This document shows positions 1 through 8,697 of a stretch of DNA of 42,136 nt, one piece after another (position 1 is the first letter of the stretch; each line of letters starts with the position of its first letter). The translations under genes and the position numbers were made by a program. The stretch covers positions 18,317 through 60,452 of the forward strand of contig JAPLMF010000027.1 in NCBI GenBank assembly GCA_026387155.1. The letters are read 5' to 3'. The stretch is from Candidatus Omnitrophota bacterium (GTDB lineage Bacteria; Omnitrophota; Gorgyraeia; 2-01-FULL-45-10). The notes below the pieces were generated by a model that was not told the DNA's origin, searched no databases, and was given only the letters and a program-made list of their open reading frames with translations.

Positions 1-158
1 GACTCTAGATCTAACCTTAATCGCAATACGGCCCGGCAGGCTTCTTTTTTCAGATCAAGATCCGCATATATCGATAGATCCGTCTCTTTCTCCGTGACCT
101 CAAAATATACCAGGTCGTCTGCCTTTGCCCATCTTCTGTAATTCCTCGGTTTGTACAT
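1..158 (-). CDS. UPF0280/ApbE-like family protein, N-terminal part (runs off the window)
   Basis: Manual translation from ATG at 158: MYKPRNYRRWAKADDLVYFEVTEKETDLSIYADLDLKKEACRAVLRLRLDLE. The Y..R.YR...L..F.V..KETDL pattern resembles UPF0280 N-termini. Starts 3 nt after the hypE stop. Confidence 0.65.
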   Translation of the reverse strand, partial: MYKPRNYRRWAKADDLVYFEVTEKETDLSIYADLDLKKEACRAVLRLRLDLE

Positions 159-161
159 TCT

Positions 162-1163
162 TTAACATATCCTCGGCAGTTGTTCGCCGGATAACATATC
201 TACAAGCCTAAGTCCCCCGGAAGTTGTTCTCATGTAGACTTTGCCTTTATGATCGGAAGTTATTCTACCTATCACCCTGGAACCCTCCCCGAGACGATCA
301 CGCCTCAATGCTTTTAGGACCTTACCGGCATCCTGAGGAGCCGCGATAAATACAGCCCGGCCTTCGCACGCAAGGTAGAGAGAGTCAAATCCCAGAAGCT
401 CGCAGGCTTCCCTGACTCCCTCGCTTACCGGAATATCCTTCTCTTCCAGAGCAATGCCAAAACGCCCACTGGATACTATCTCATTTAGTGTCGTCCCAAG
501 CCCGCCGCGAGTCGGATCGCGCATCAATCTGATGTTTTGGGAAACCTTCAAAGCCCCGGCGATCATTCCATTCAGGGACGAGGAATCGCTCTTCACATTC
601 GTCCCAAAACTTATCCCTTCTCTTTTGGACAAAACGGCTATCGCGTGTTCGCCCAAACTTCCGCTGACTATGACGACGTCTTGCGGCCTTATTTTATCGG
701 TTGAGAGACCCGAATAATAGACCTTGCCGATCCCGCTCGTATTTATAAATATCTTATCGCAAGAGCCTTTTTCGACGACCTTGGTATCGCCTGTGACTAT
801 GAGGACCCCGGCAATCTTCGCCGCGGCATTTATAGATTTTATTATCCGTGTGAGCGTCTTTTTATCAAGCCCTTCCTCGATGACAAGCCCGAGGCTTAAA
901 TAAAGCGGCCTGGCGCCGCAGACCGAAAGGTCGTTTACTGTGCCGTGCACAGCCAGCGATCCTATGTCGCCGCCCGGGAATATTATCGGCTTCACCACAT
1001 ATGAATCTGTCGTGAACGCTATCTCTTCGGAGCCTACCTTTACGACCGCCGAATCGGACTTTCGCCTCAATATACTGTTGCCAAGCTCTTTCATAAAAAG
1101 AGAGTCTATTAGCGAATGCATCGCCTTACCGCCGCTTCCGTGCGAGATCGTTATCCTATCCAT
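162..1163 (-). CDS. hypE: Hydrogenase maturation carbamoyl dehydratase HypE
   Basis: HGSGG, FTTDSYVV, GTVNDL, TGDTKVV and MRDPTRGG motifs; C-terminal LPRIC. Confidence 0.97.
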   Translation of the reverse strand: MDRITISHGSGGKAMHSLIDSLFMKELGNSILRRKSDSAVVKVGSEEIAFTTDSYVVKPIIFPGGDIGSLAVHGTVNDLSVCGARPLYLSLGLVIEEGLDKKTLTRIIKSINAAAKIAGVLIVTGDTKVVEKGSCDKIFINTSGIGKVYYSGLSTDKIRPQDVVIVSGSLGEHAIAVLSKREGISFGTNVKSDSSSLNGMIAGALKVSQNIRLMRDPTRGGLGTTLNEIVSSGRFGIALEEKDIPVSEGVREACELLGFDSLYLACEGRAVFIAAPQDAGKVLKALRRDRLGEGSRVIGRITSDHKGKVYMRTTSGGLRLVDMLSGEQLPRIC

Positions 1164-2238
1164 TTATATTACCCCTATACTTATAATAAGCCGCGCATGT
1201 GCCCTCGCTGGAAACCATGCATGCTCCTATTGGGTGCTGGGACGTGCACGCTTTACCGAACAGCATACATTCCGTCGGCGCTATCAGACCTCTTAATACA
1301 TCACCGCATCTGCATCGCTTATCCTCTTTTGGCGGACGAACCCTCGGATGGAACTTCACCTCAGCGTCAAGATCGGCATAGGCTTTCTTTATCTTAAGGC
1401 CGCTATCGGCCACCCTTCCTATGCCGCGCCATACAGAGTCGCATTTCTCGAATACCTTGTATATACAGACCCTGGCCTTCGGATTGCCGCCGGGGGCCGC
1501 TATCCTTTTATATTGTATCTCCACTTTCGCCGGACTTTGTTTTATCAGGATTGATATCGACTGCAATATGTCGAGCGGCTCGAACCCCGATACGACGCAC
1601 CGCTTCTTATAAATTTTGGCCAGGAATCGGTAAGGGCTCGTCCCCGTTATCGCGGATACGTGCCCGGGCAGGATAAATCCGTCGACGTTTAAGCCTGAAC
1701 CGGCAAGGCTCCCGAGAGCCTCCGGCATCGTCTTGTGAGCCGACAGGACCGAGTAGTTCTTTAATCCGGCCTTTTTCGCTATTATTATCGATTTGGCTAC
1801 CGTCGGCACCGTCGTCTCAAAACCGACTCCCAGAAAAACAACCTCTTTTGTCGGGTACTTTTCGGCTATCTCGAGCGCATCCGTCGTAGAGTAGACGGTC
1901 CTTATATCACGCCCGTCCGCCTTCTGGATTTCCAATGTCGAGTGAGACCCTGGAACCCTTAGCATATCTCCGAATGTCGCAATGATGACGTTCTTCATAC
2001 CGGCTATCGCTATAGCCTTATCTAGATAACCGTTCGGCGTCACACAGACCGGGCACCCGGGCCCTGAAACAAGCTCTATATCCCCGGGAAGGATCTGGCG
2101 CAGGGCAAACCTGAATATTGACATCGTATGCGTGCCGCAGACTTCCATGAAACGCCATTTCCTATTTACGGCGGCCCTTATATGCGCGGCTTCTTTCGCT
2201 ATAAGGACCTCGTCCCTGAACTCATCGACGTATTTCAT
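1156..2238 (-). CDS. hypD: Hydrogenase maturation protein HypD
   Basis: MEVCGTHT, GPGCPVCVTP, GFETT, PGHVS and CMVSSEGTC motifs. Confidence 0.97.
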   Translation of the reverse strand: MKYVDEFRDEVLIAKEAAHIRAAVNRKWRFMEVCGTHTMSIFRFALRQILPGDIELVSGPGCPVCVTPNGYLDKAIAIAGMKNVIIATFGDMLRVPGSHSTLEIQKADGRDIRTVYSTTDALEIAEKYPTKEVVFLGVGFETTVPTVAKSIIIAKKAGLKNYSVLSAHKTMPEALGSLAGSGLNVDGFILPGHVSAITGTSPYRFLAKIYKKRCVVSGFEPLDILQSISILIKQSPAKVEIQYKRIAAPGGNPKARVCIYKVFEKCDSVWRGIGRVADSGLKIKKAYADLDAEVKFHPRVRPPKEDKRCRCGDVLRGLIAPTECMLFGKACTSQHPIGACMVSSEGTCAAYYKYRGNING

Positions 2239-2443
2239 CTATATCCCTTATCACTCTTAGCGTTGCCTTTGCCTCTTTTGCCTTCACCCGTTCTATTGCA
2301 AATCCGGCATGTATAAGAACATATTCTCCGATGCGCGCGTCTTTTAGAAGCGACATATTGGCTTTCCGTTTGAGCCCTCCGGCCGAAACGATGGCATCAT
2401 CGCCTTCTATACGCACTATCTTCATCGGTATTCCTAAACACAT
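2222..2443 (-). CDS. hypC: HypC/HupF chaperone
   Basis: MCLGIP N-terminus, YVLIHAGFAI. Confidence 0.96.
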   Translation of the reverse strand: MCLGIPMKIVRIEGDDAIVSAGGLKRKANMSLLKDARIGEYVLIHAGFAIERVKAKEAKATLRVIRDIDEIRR

Positions 2444-3507
2444 AGATATCTCGCTTGCGTTATAGCTATCTGTCCCACCGGAATCCCAGAATCGGTGGTG
2501 GGCAAGCCTGTATGTCTGTAAACATTAAGTCCGGACTTATCCATATATTTTATGATCTTGCCGGTCAGATACCGGTTCTGGAAGACTCCGCCGGATAGTA
2601 CTATATTCTTCACGCGTTTATTTTTCCCTAAAAGGCTCACGGTCTTTGCTATCATACGGCCAACCGTATTATGAAATCTGGCCGAAATGACCGCCTTATC
2701 TACACCTTTATGGATATCGGCTATAACGCTTTTAATTATATTCGGACAATCTTCGGGTTTAGTTATATATTTATATATGTCTTCACAATTCGTTGCCGCT
2801 ATCTTTTCAAATTCTATCGGCAGTTCAGCCTCGAAATCGGCCTTCTTCCTGCCGAGAACTAAACTTGCGATCGCATCAAATAGACGCCCGGCGCTGGAAG
2901 TAAGGGGTGAATTTATTCTCCGGTCGATCATCTTCTTAATAATGGGATTTTTACACTTACCGACGGCCGCATATCTATAGCTCTCGGTCATGCGCCAGGG
3001 TTGGCGTACGGCGGCGTCCGCTCCGGGCATCGCTACATATTCTAAATGCGCCGCTCTCCTGAAACCTTTTAAACTCCCGATAAAAAACTCCCCACCCCAT
3101 ATATTACCATCGGTGCCATAACCTGTACCGTCGAAGGCGACGCCGATAACGCTGCCCTTGATATTATTGTCAACAATACAGGAGGCTATGTGCGCTTCAT
3201 GGTGCTGAACAGCGTATAGAACATAGCGTTTAGCGTTTAGCGTATAGAATTCTGCGAAACGGGTCGAAAAATACCCCGGATGCATATCATGGGCGATGAT
3301 ATCCGGCTTTATGCCGGTCGTCTTTATAGCCTTAGCTATGGCCTTTTTATATCGCTGGAAGTTACCAAGATCGCTTAGGTCCCCAAAACCTTCGCAGAGG
3401 AAAGCTTCACTGCCCTTAGCGAGCGCAAAAGCCCCTTTTAAATCCGCCCCGCATGCCAGGATAGGCTTTCGCACCTTAAAGGGGAGCTTCACCCGTCGTG
3501 TGTCCAT
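2434..3507 (-). CDS. hypF: Short HypF (C-terminal Kae1-like carbamoyltransferase domain only)
   Basis: HDMHPGY, QHHEAH, DGTGYGTDGNIWGGEF, SSAGRLFDA and LSGGVFQN motifs. Only 357 aa; no acylphosphatase, Zn-finger or YrdC-like part. Confidence 0.88.
   Translation of the reverse strand: MDTRRVKLPFKVRKPILACGADLKGAFALAKGSEAFLCEGFGDLSDLGNFQRYKKAIAKAIKTTGIKPDIIAHDMHPGYFSTRFAEFYTLNAKRYVLYAVQHHEAHIASCIVDNNIKGSVIGVAFDGTGYGTDGNIWGGEFFIGSLKGFRRAAHLEYVAMPGADAAVRQPWRMTESYRYAAVGKCKNPIIKKMIDRRINSPLTSSAGRLFDAIASLVLGRKKADFEAELPIEFEKIAATNCEDIYKYITKPEDCPNIIKSVIADIHKGVDKAVISARFHNTVGRMIAKTVSLLGKNKRVKNIVLSGGVFQNRYLTGKIIKYMDKSGLNVYRHTGLPTTDSGIPVGQIAITQARYLCV
3210..3251. repeat. Degenerate heptamer tandem repeat inside hypF
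   Basis: CAGCGTA TAGAACA TAGCGTT TAGCGTT TAGCGTA TAGAATT (6 x 7 nt = 42 nt, frame preserved). Confidence 0.7.
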
Positions 3508-3513
3508 AGGCTT

Positions 3514-3522
3514 ATTATACCA
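3514..3522 (-). promoter_or_regulatory. Extended -10 promoter (TGGTATAAT), probable leaderless hypF transcript
   Basis: TGnTATAAT ends 6 nt before the hypF ATG; no Shine-Dalgarno in between. Confidence 0.5.
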
Positions 3523-3584
3523 AATAAGTTCCTTGGCTAGATAAATTTTTAGGGTCCTGCCCCCTTGTTAACCCTAAGCCTCGT

Positions 3585-4178
3585 TATGCTCTCATTGAAA
3601 ATACTCCTCTTACAGATGGCGGTAGTTTTGCGTTACCGCCTTCCGCTCGTCGTCCCGCCGCATTGGGCATGCGGCGGGCCTGTGGTAAAATTTTGATGGC
3701 CGCTGAATCTGCATACAACACAGCGGTAGATGGGGTTTAAACCCCATCTACCGAATATGGCTCTTTATAGTGCAGTTTCAGCGTCCGTTCTGTATCGCCC
3801 ATAAGAATCAAAATTTTACAACATTCGCTCCAGGCGGATAACGCCAAAACTACCGCCCTATCAGCTCGCTCCGCTAATTCCATCCCCGGCATGGAATAGA
3901 GCCACTTGAAGGAAAACCAGCTGCCGTCTTTGCTATCGCTGATTTTCCAAAATAAGTGAGCGAGAAACTTTTCCGCTTGAATTTATAAGGACGCCGAAGG
4001 AGCTGTGCCTGGCGGGGCGTCGAAGATCGCGAGCGGGCATGGGGCTGTCTAATAAAGATGAGGCGAGCGAGCGATCTTCCGAGTAAAATTTTCTCGCCGG
4101 GAAAATTTTACGTCCCCGCCAGACACAGCTCCTGAAGGCGGCCTTAAACAGGAAAGCGGAAAATTTCGAGCGAACGCG
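3585..4178. repeat. Structured non-coding element, copy A (three multi-stem modules: 3618-3857, 3865-3964, 3965-4166)
   Basis: Nested long inverted repeats, e.g. GGCGGTAGTTTTG/CAAAACTACCGCC and AGGAGCTGTGCCTGGCGGGG/CCCCGCCAGACACAGCTCCT. Homologous to 19367-19809 with compensatory changes. No credible ORF. Left boundary approximate. Confidence 0.85.
3724..3753. repeat. Perfect 30-bp palindrome, GTAG-type REP-like
   Basis: CGGTAGATGGGGTTTAAACCCCATCTACCG. Confidence 0.8.
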
Positions 4179-4748
4179 TTAGAATAGAAAGACTGCCGCT
4201 GCGACGACGGTCGTGAAGTTGCCCTCAGGGCCGACGACCGCGGTCTGAGTGGTATTGGACGTGCGGACTATCTTGTCACTTAGGTGGTATATAGCTTTAT
4301 TTTCGTCCCACGACTTGTCCTCATCGAATTCAAGCCCCAGTGTGGACGCTAACATTTCTACCGCGAGGTCTTCGGCAAGGTCACCGGCGACTTTTTCGTT
4401 CTGCCCGAAGGCATGGTGCTCACTTAAGTACCCGTATGCGGCAGGATCCGCCGGAACGGCACAGCCTATCGATACCGCTATCAGGCGGTGAGGCTCATTG
4501 CCGGAACAGCGCGACATAACTACATAAGTTATCATGCCGGGATAGACTTCTTTTAAGCCCTCATTCTTCGATATCATCTTGCATTCCGGCGGCAGGATGC
4601 TCGAAACCTTAACGAGATTACACTTCTCTATACCGGCTTCGCGCAGGGCCAGCTCAAAGCTCCGGAGTTCCGCTTTATGCGTACCGACACCCTTGGTAAA
4701 GAACATCTTCTTCGGGACTAAAAGGCTTTTCCTCGGCAGTAGAAGCAT
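4179..4748 (-). CDS. pdaD: Pyruvoyl-dependent arginine decarboxylase
   Basis: [25 protein letters not shown] (Ser-Ser autocleavage site), [16 protein letters not shown]; adjacent to agmatinase. Confidence 0.92.
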   Translation of the reverse strand: MLLLPRKSLLVPKKMFFTKGVGTHKAELRSFELALREAGIEKCNLVKVSSILPPECKMISKNEGLKEVYPGMITYVVMSRCSGNEPHRLIAVSIGCAVPADPAAYGYLSEHHAFGQNEKVAGDLAEDLAVEMLASTLGLEFDEDKSWDENKAIYHLSDKIVRTSNTTQTAVVGPEGNFTTVVAAAVFLF

Positions 4749-4763
4749 ATCATCTCGCTTTCA

Positions 4764-5645
4764 TCATCTCTTTGTAGGAAATATATATCCAAGAAGCCTG
4801 TATAGAAGTTTTGCGGCCAGAAAATCGCTTGCAATATTCCCTTTTATCGGACAGAGCTCCACTATATCAAACCCTACCACTTTCTTGTCCTTGACTACTC
4901 CTTTTAGAAAATCGATCGTCTCATACCATCCCAGCCCGCCGGGTTCAGGCGTGCCCACGGCCGGTACCATCGAAGGATCAAAAACATCCAGATCGACCGT
5001 TATATATACGTGCTCGGAAAGGCTGGCCGACGCCCTGTCCTTCCACATCGGCATATCGAGTATATCATATACATTTATCGACTTTATCTTGCCGTTTGGT
5101 TGTGAGGCCAGGAAGTCCTTCTCCTCTTTAGAGTAGCTTCTCATGCCTACCTGAACTATCGGGCAGATCTCCGATATCCTGCGCGCAACGCAGCCGTGGT
5201 TCAGCTTCGAACCGAAGTATACGTCCCGCATGTCGTAATGAGCGTCCATCTGCAGCACCGAAAGATCTGGATATACATCTTTAAGCGCCTTCACCGCGCC
5301 TATCGAGACGGAATGTTCGCCGCCGAGCAGGATCGGGAATTTATTGGCCTTCAATATCTCGGCCGTCGATGCGCGGACTTTTTCAAGAAGCGCCTCAGGC
5401 TCAAGGCCTTCCACCGTCAAAGGCTCCATGGTATGCAGACCTATCTTAAAAGTCTCCTGGTTGAGCTCCTCATCAAACCTCTCGAGATACCTCGAGGAAT
5501 CTATTATGGCGGCCGGGCCATCCTTAGCCCCGTGTATATATGTGGTCGTCTTGTCGTAAGGCACCTGCAATATGGCGGCCTTCGACTTCTTGAAATTGGA
5601 ATAATCTTCTTCTAATCCGAGAAAATTTTTAGGCATATTATCCAT
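4764..5645 (-). CDS. speB: Agmatinase (ureohydrolase family)
   Basis: GGEHS, DAHYD, DLDVFDPS..PAVGTPEPGG and DIVEL motifs. Confidence 0.93.
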   Translation of the reverse strand: MDNMPKNFLGLEEDYSNFKKSKAAILQVPYDKTTTYIHGAKDGPAAIIDSSRYLERFDEELNQETFKIGLHTMEPLTVEGLEPEALLEKVRASTAEILKANKFPILLGGEHSVSIGAVKALKDVYPDLSVLQMDAHYDMRDVYFGSKLNHGCVARRISEICPIVQVGMRSYSKEEKDFLASQPNGKIKSINVYDILDMPMWKDRASASLSEHVYITVDLDVFDPSMVPAVGTPEPGGLGWYETIDFLKGVVKDKKVVGFDIVELCPIKGNIASDFLAAKLLYRLLGYIFPTKR

Positions 5646-6660
5646 TTTTGATAAGCTTTGCCGACAATGCCACTGTCATCTCTATTACTTTAGCCGCCCT
5701 CGTCTCATCCATCGCCCCGACCCCGCAGGACGGCGTCACAAGTGATGAAATAAGATTTCTGTCCACGCCTTTGTCCGACAGCATCTTTACGGCCTCCTCG
5801 TATCTTTCTATGAGGGACTTACGGGTCTCTGTGTCTATCGCCTCGGACGTAGGCACCATGCCCCAGGCTATCGTGCCTCCCCGCGATGTAAAGTTCTTTA
5901 TATCAGCGTGATAGAGTGAAAACTCTTTCATAAAATTATAGGCGTCAAAGTTCAATATGTCAATATCCCTCTTTAAGAGTATCGACCAGTCCGTATTACC
6001 GCAACAGTGGATCCCGCAAATGGCGCCCTCTTTCTTTATTGCGTCTACGAGCTCGTCAAGCTTATCGGCGGCGTTCTCGGCGCTTATATTAACAAAGCTC
6101 GAACCTATCGACACCAGATATGGCTCGTCTATGAATATGATGACCGAGGGATGTATCTTCTTGAGACGCCTTATCTGCCACCTGGCCTTCATGACGAGCG
6201 TCTTTGTAAGGATCTCGAAAAGATCCTTATCATATATCACGGGCCTCTTGTTCTGGTCGGTAAGAAACAGGCCGTAGCTTAAAGGCCCGGTGATATGCCC
6301 TTTAATATGTTTTATATCCTTACAACCCTTTAACGCCTCCGGAAACTCGTATAGGCCCTTCGCCCTGGCTTCCGATATTCTGAAGAACTCAACATCTCCG
6401 TCGAGATATTTGGAATATACGTTCTCTATTTCAGCAGCCACTTTTGAAGTATCTATATGTATAGTCTTCTTCTCTTCATCGATAGACAAACCGGGCAGGC
6501 CTTCGGCATATTGGACATACATATTCTCGAGGAATGATCTCTTGGGGAGCTGCGGCCAGAACGGTATCGACTTAAAATTTTCACAGATGACCCGGCAGGC
6601 CGTCTTCGGGTCAGTAAAAGGAACGCTTCCTACGCCGGTGGCTTCAAAATTAAACTTCAA
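5638..6660 (-). CDS. Methionine synthase catalytic-core protein (MetE C-terminal-like, MesB-type)
   Basis: TGVGSVP, PFWPQLP, ITGPLS, FIDEP, HCCG (Zn ligands), NFDAY and TPSCG; no folate-binding N-terminal half. Confidence 0.72.
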   Translation of the reverse strand: MKFNFEATGVGSVPFTDPKTACRVICENFKSIPFWPQLPKRSFLENMYVQYAEGLPGLSIDEEKKTIHIDTSKVAAEIENVYSKYLDGDVEFFRISEARAKGLYEFPEALKGCKDIKHIKGHITGPLSYGLFLTDQNKRPVIYDKDLFEILTKTLVMKARWQIRRLKKIHPSVIIFIDEPYLVSIGSSFVNISAENAADKLDELVDAIKKEGAICGIHCCGNTDWSILLKRDIDILNFDAYNFMKEFSLYHADIKNFTSRGGTIAWGMVPTSEAIDTETRKSLIERYEEAVKMLSDKGVDRNLISSLVTPSCGVGAMDETRAAKVIEMTVALSAKLIKNG

Positions 6661-6661
6661 A

Positions 6662-7624
6662 CTATCTACCCCAGCTGCTCAAGCGTTTTATCCTTTTAAG
6701 CATATTGGGATGCGTGCTCATAAGCTCCATCATCTTGTCACCGAAGCCTAGCTTGACCTGTTTATTAGTAAGTGCGGCCATCTCCGAAGGCGATATGTCG
6801 CCGGATTTGTCAAGGTCCAGGTTTTTAAGGTCGCTTAGATCGTTCATCGCTCTTGACGGATCATTGGCAAAGAAGGCCTTCATCCCCTCGACGTCTTTTA
6901 TAGCCTCTTTAGGCATTCTGGCGGACCCGTATACGAGCTTATAAAGCGCCGAAGCAAGCGCCGAGGGCCGGTTACCTAGATCTACGGATCCTTTGTCGGC
7001 AAAATACTCCCTGATCCTTGACGCGTAAAGAACAAGGAGATTGGTTATAAAGTAGAATAGAAAAGCGACAACCCCGATAAGGGCTGTCCCGCCGGAGGAG
7101 TTCCTATCGCGCCTATCGCCGAAAAAAAGCAGTTGCCAGGCTATGCGGTATAATATCATCGGTATCACAGAGAGAAGCGTTATCGTCAGGACATCACGGT
7201 TCTTTATATGACTCATCTCATGTCCCAGCACCGCTCTAAGTTCCTCGTCGGACAATAGGTTCATTATGCCTCGCGTCACGCATATCCTACCGTCCCTTAT
7301 GCTGCGCCCGAAGGCGAATGCATTAGGTATCTCTATATCCGCCACCCCTATGCGTGGGGTGGGTATATGCGCGGCTGTGGCAAGCGCCCTGACCATCTGA
7401 TGGAGCCTGGGGTTCTCACTCTCTTTTATGTACTTTACGCGCATCGACCATTCGACTATCTTAGGCCCTATCATGTACTGAGCGAGCATTATCACAAACG
7501 AAAATACCAGGTAAAAGTAAAAGTTCGTGATGCCCATCCTGTAGCTTATCATCGAAACTACAGCATATATTATCGCGAACAATATAGCCGTTAAAAGAAA
7601 CATCCTTAATTTTAATCCCAACAT
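6662..7624 (-). CDS. htpX: Membrane zinc protease HtpX (M48)
   Basis: PNAFAFG, GHEMSH (HExxH), SRIREYFAD, STHP..KRI; TM segments. Confidence 0.93.
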   Translation of the reverse strand: MLGLKLRMFLLTAILFAIIYAVVSMISYRMGITNFYFYLVFSFVIMLAQYMIGPKIVEWSMRVKYIKESENPRLHQMVRALATAAHIPTPRIGVADIEIPNAFAFGRSIRDGRICVTRGIMNLLSDEELRAVLGHEMSHIKNRDVLTITLLSVIPMILYRIAWQLLFFGDRRDRNSSGGTALIGVVAFLFYFITNLLVLYASRIREYFADKGSVDLGNRPSALASALYKLVYGSARMPKEAIKDVEGMKAFFANDPSRAMNDLSDLKNLDLDKSGDISPSEMAALTNKQVKLGFGDKMMELMSTHPNMLKRIKRLSSWGR

Positions 7625-7649
7625 AATTCTCCCTCCCCTTCGCTATCCT

Positions 7650-8549
7650 TTAAAACTGCGTCTGAACCTTACAGACCCATTCCTGATAGGCTGTAGTATT
7701 CTTTCCCCACAGCATCATGCCGTATTGGAACTCTAAATTGAATAACTTATTACCCTGTCTAAGCACGCTATCCCCTCCGAAGACTTGCCATACGCCGCCG
7801 ATACGCCATATGCCGTAGTCTTCCTTTATGTGTCCCGTTCCGGGAACACACATATATCCATCGAGCTCGCTCTTTACGAGCAGCCATGTCGTAGGCCAAA
7901 AACCGCCCTCTACAAAATACGGTATGTCATCACAAACTTGCTTCGTGCGCCATCTGTATCCGGTCTCAGCGCCAAAATAGCATGGAAGCTTGAATTTCTC
8001 GGTTATGGGTACGGAGAATGTCTTGCCTATCAGGATCCTCTGTTCAACCGCATCATCTCCTTTACCTATAGACGGTGTATTTGTCCATGGGGCTTCGGAT
8101 CCGCGGTGTATCCCATATCCGGGATATATAAATACCTTCGTCTGTGTGCTCATGACGAAAGGAGCATCCATGAATCTCCACCTGCCGCCGACTTTGACCG
8201 AAGTAATACCGTGATTTTTATGAGAAAATGATCCCCATGAGACAGGCCTATCATACTCTTTATAATGAGCTTCTTTGTATTCTATACTGCCAAGGGCTGT
8301 CAGCGAATCGGTAACGCCGAATTCCAGCTTAGGTTCCTGCACGAATTCCCAGCTTCTGGCGTTATTATTCAGCTTCTCTTTCTTCCAATTACTGTTGAAA
8401 GATTCTTTGGCCCAGTCCCACTTCATGTAGTACTCGCTCCATACATGATCTTTGGGAACAGTCCATGCGCCGGCAAATACGCTCTCTATGCAAAATAAGG
8501 ACGCTAGGATAAAAACGGAAACGGCAACAAATATAAAGCTCTTTTTCAT
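7650..8549 (-). CDS. Putative outer-membrane beta-barrel protein
   Basis: Signal peptide ending VFA, then GAWT; aromatic-rich amphipathic strands; C-terminal Phe (KVQTQF). Confidence 0.6.
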   Translation of the reverse strand: MKKSFIFVAVSVFILASLFCIESVFAGAWTVPKDHVWSEYYMKWDWAKESFNSNWKKEKLNNNARSWEFVQEPKLEFGVTDSLTALGSIEYKEAHYKEYDRPVSWGSFSHKNHGITSVKVGGRWRFMDAPFVMSTQTKVFIYPGYGIHRGSEAPWTNTPSIGKGDDAVEQRILIGKTFSVPITEKFKLPCYFGAETGYRWRTKQVCDDIPYFVEGGFWPTTWLLVKSELDGYMCVPGTGHIKEDYGIWRIGGVWQVFGGDSVLRQGNKLFNLEFQYGMMLWGKNTTAYQEWVCKVQTQF

Positions 8550-8578
8550 GCATTCCCCAACGACTTACTTTTTATCCA

Positions 8579-8606
8579 ATTATACTACGTACTGACGGTT
8601 TGTCAA
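8579..8606 (-). promoter_or_regulatory. Sigma70-type promoter for the beta-barrel gene
   Basis: TTGACA (8606-8601), 16 nt spacer, TATAAT (8584-8579). Confidence 0.7.
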
Positions 8607-8619
8607 AATTTTATACTAC

Positions 8620-8694
8620 CCAGAATTTCACATGGGAAATTCTGGATTTTTACTAATCTACAGTTTATCCCGATTTTGCTATGTCAAAATCGGG
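8620..8694. terminator. Two 10-bp hairpins after the SBP stop (terminator or stabiliser)
   Basis: CCAGAATTTC-6nt-GAAATTCTGG (8620-8645) and CCCGATTTTG-6nt-CAAAATCGGG (8669-8694). Confidence 0.5.
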
Positions 8695-8697
8695 GAA

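Noticed and set aside
41-50. Possible homopolymer frameshift in the UPF0280-like gene
   Set aside because: The run is 6 nt and the frame continues sensibly (LKKEACRAVL)
3585-4178. Element as tRNA, tmRNA, RNase P, group I/II intron or known riboswitch
   Set aside because: No recognisable hallmark motifs by eye (T-loop/CCA, GUGCG start with domain V, etc.); an Rfam search is still needed
4165-4185. Element A as an integron attC site (TAAC at the stop codon)
   Set aside because: No proper RYYYAAC/GTTRRRY pair, far too long and branched, flanking genes are housekeeping, and no integrase is present
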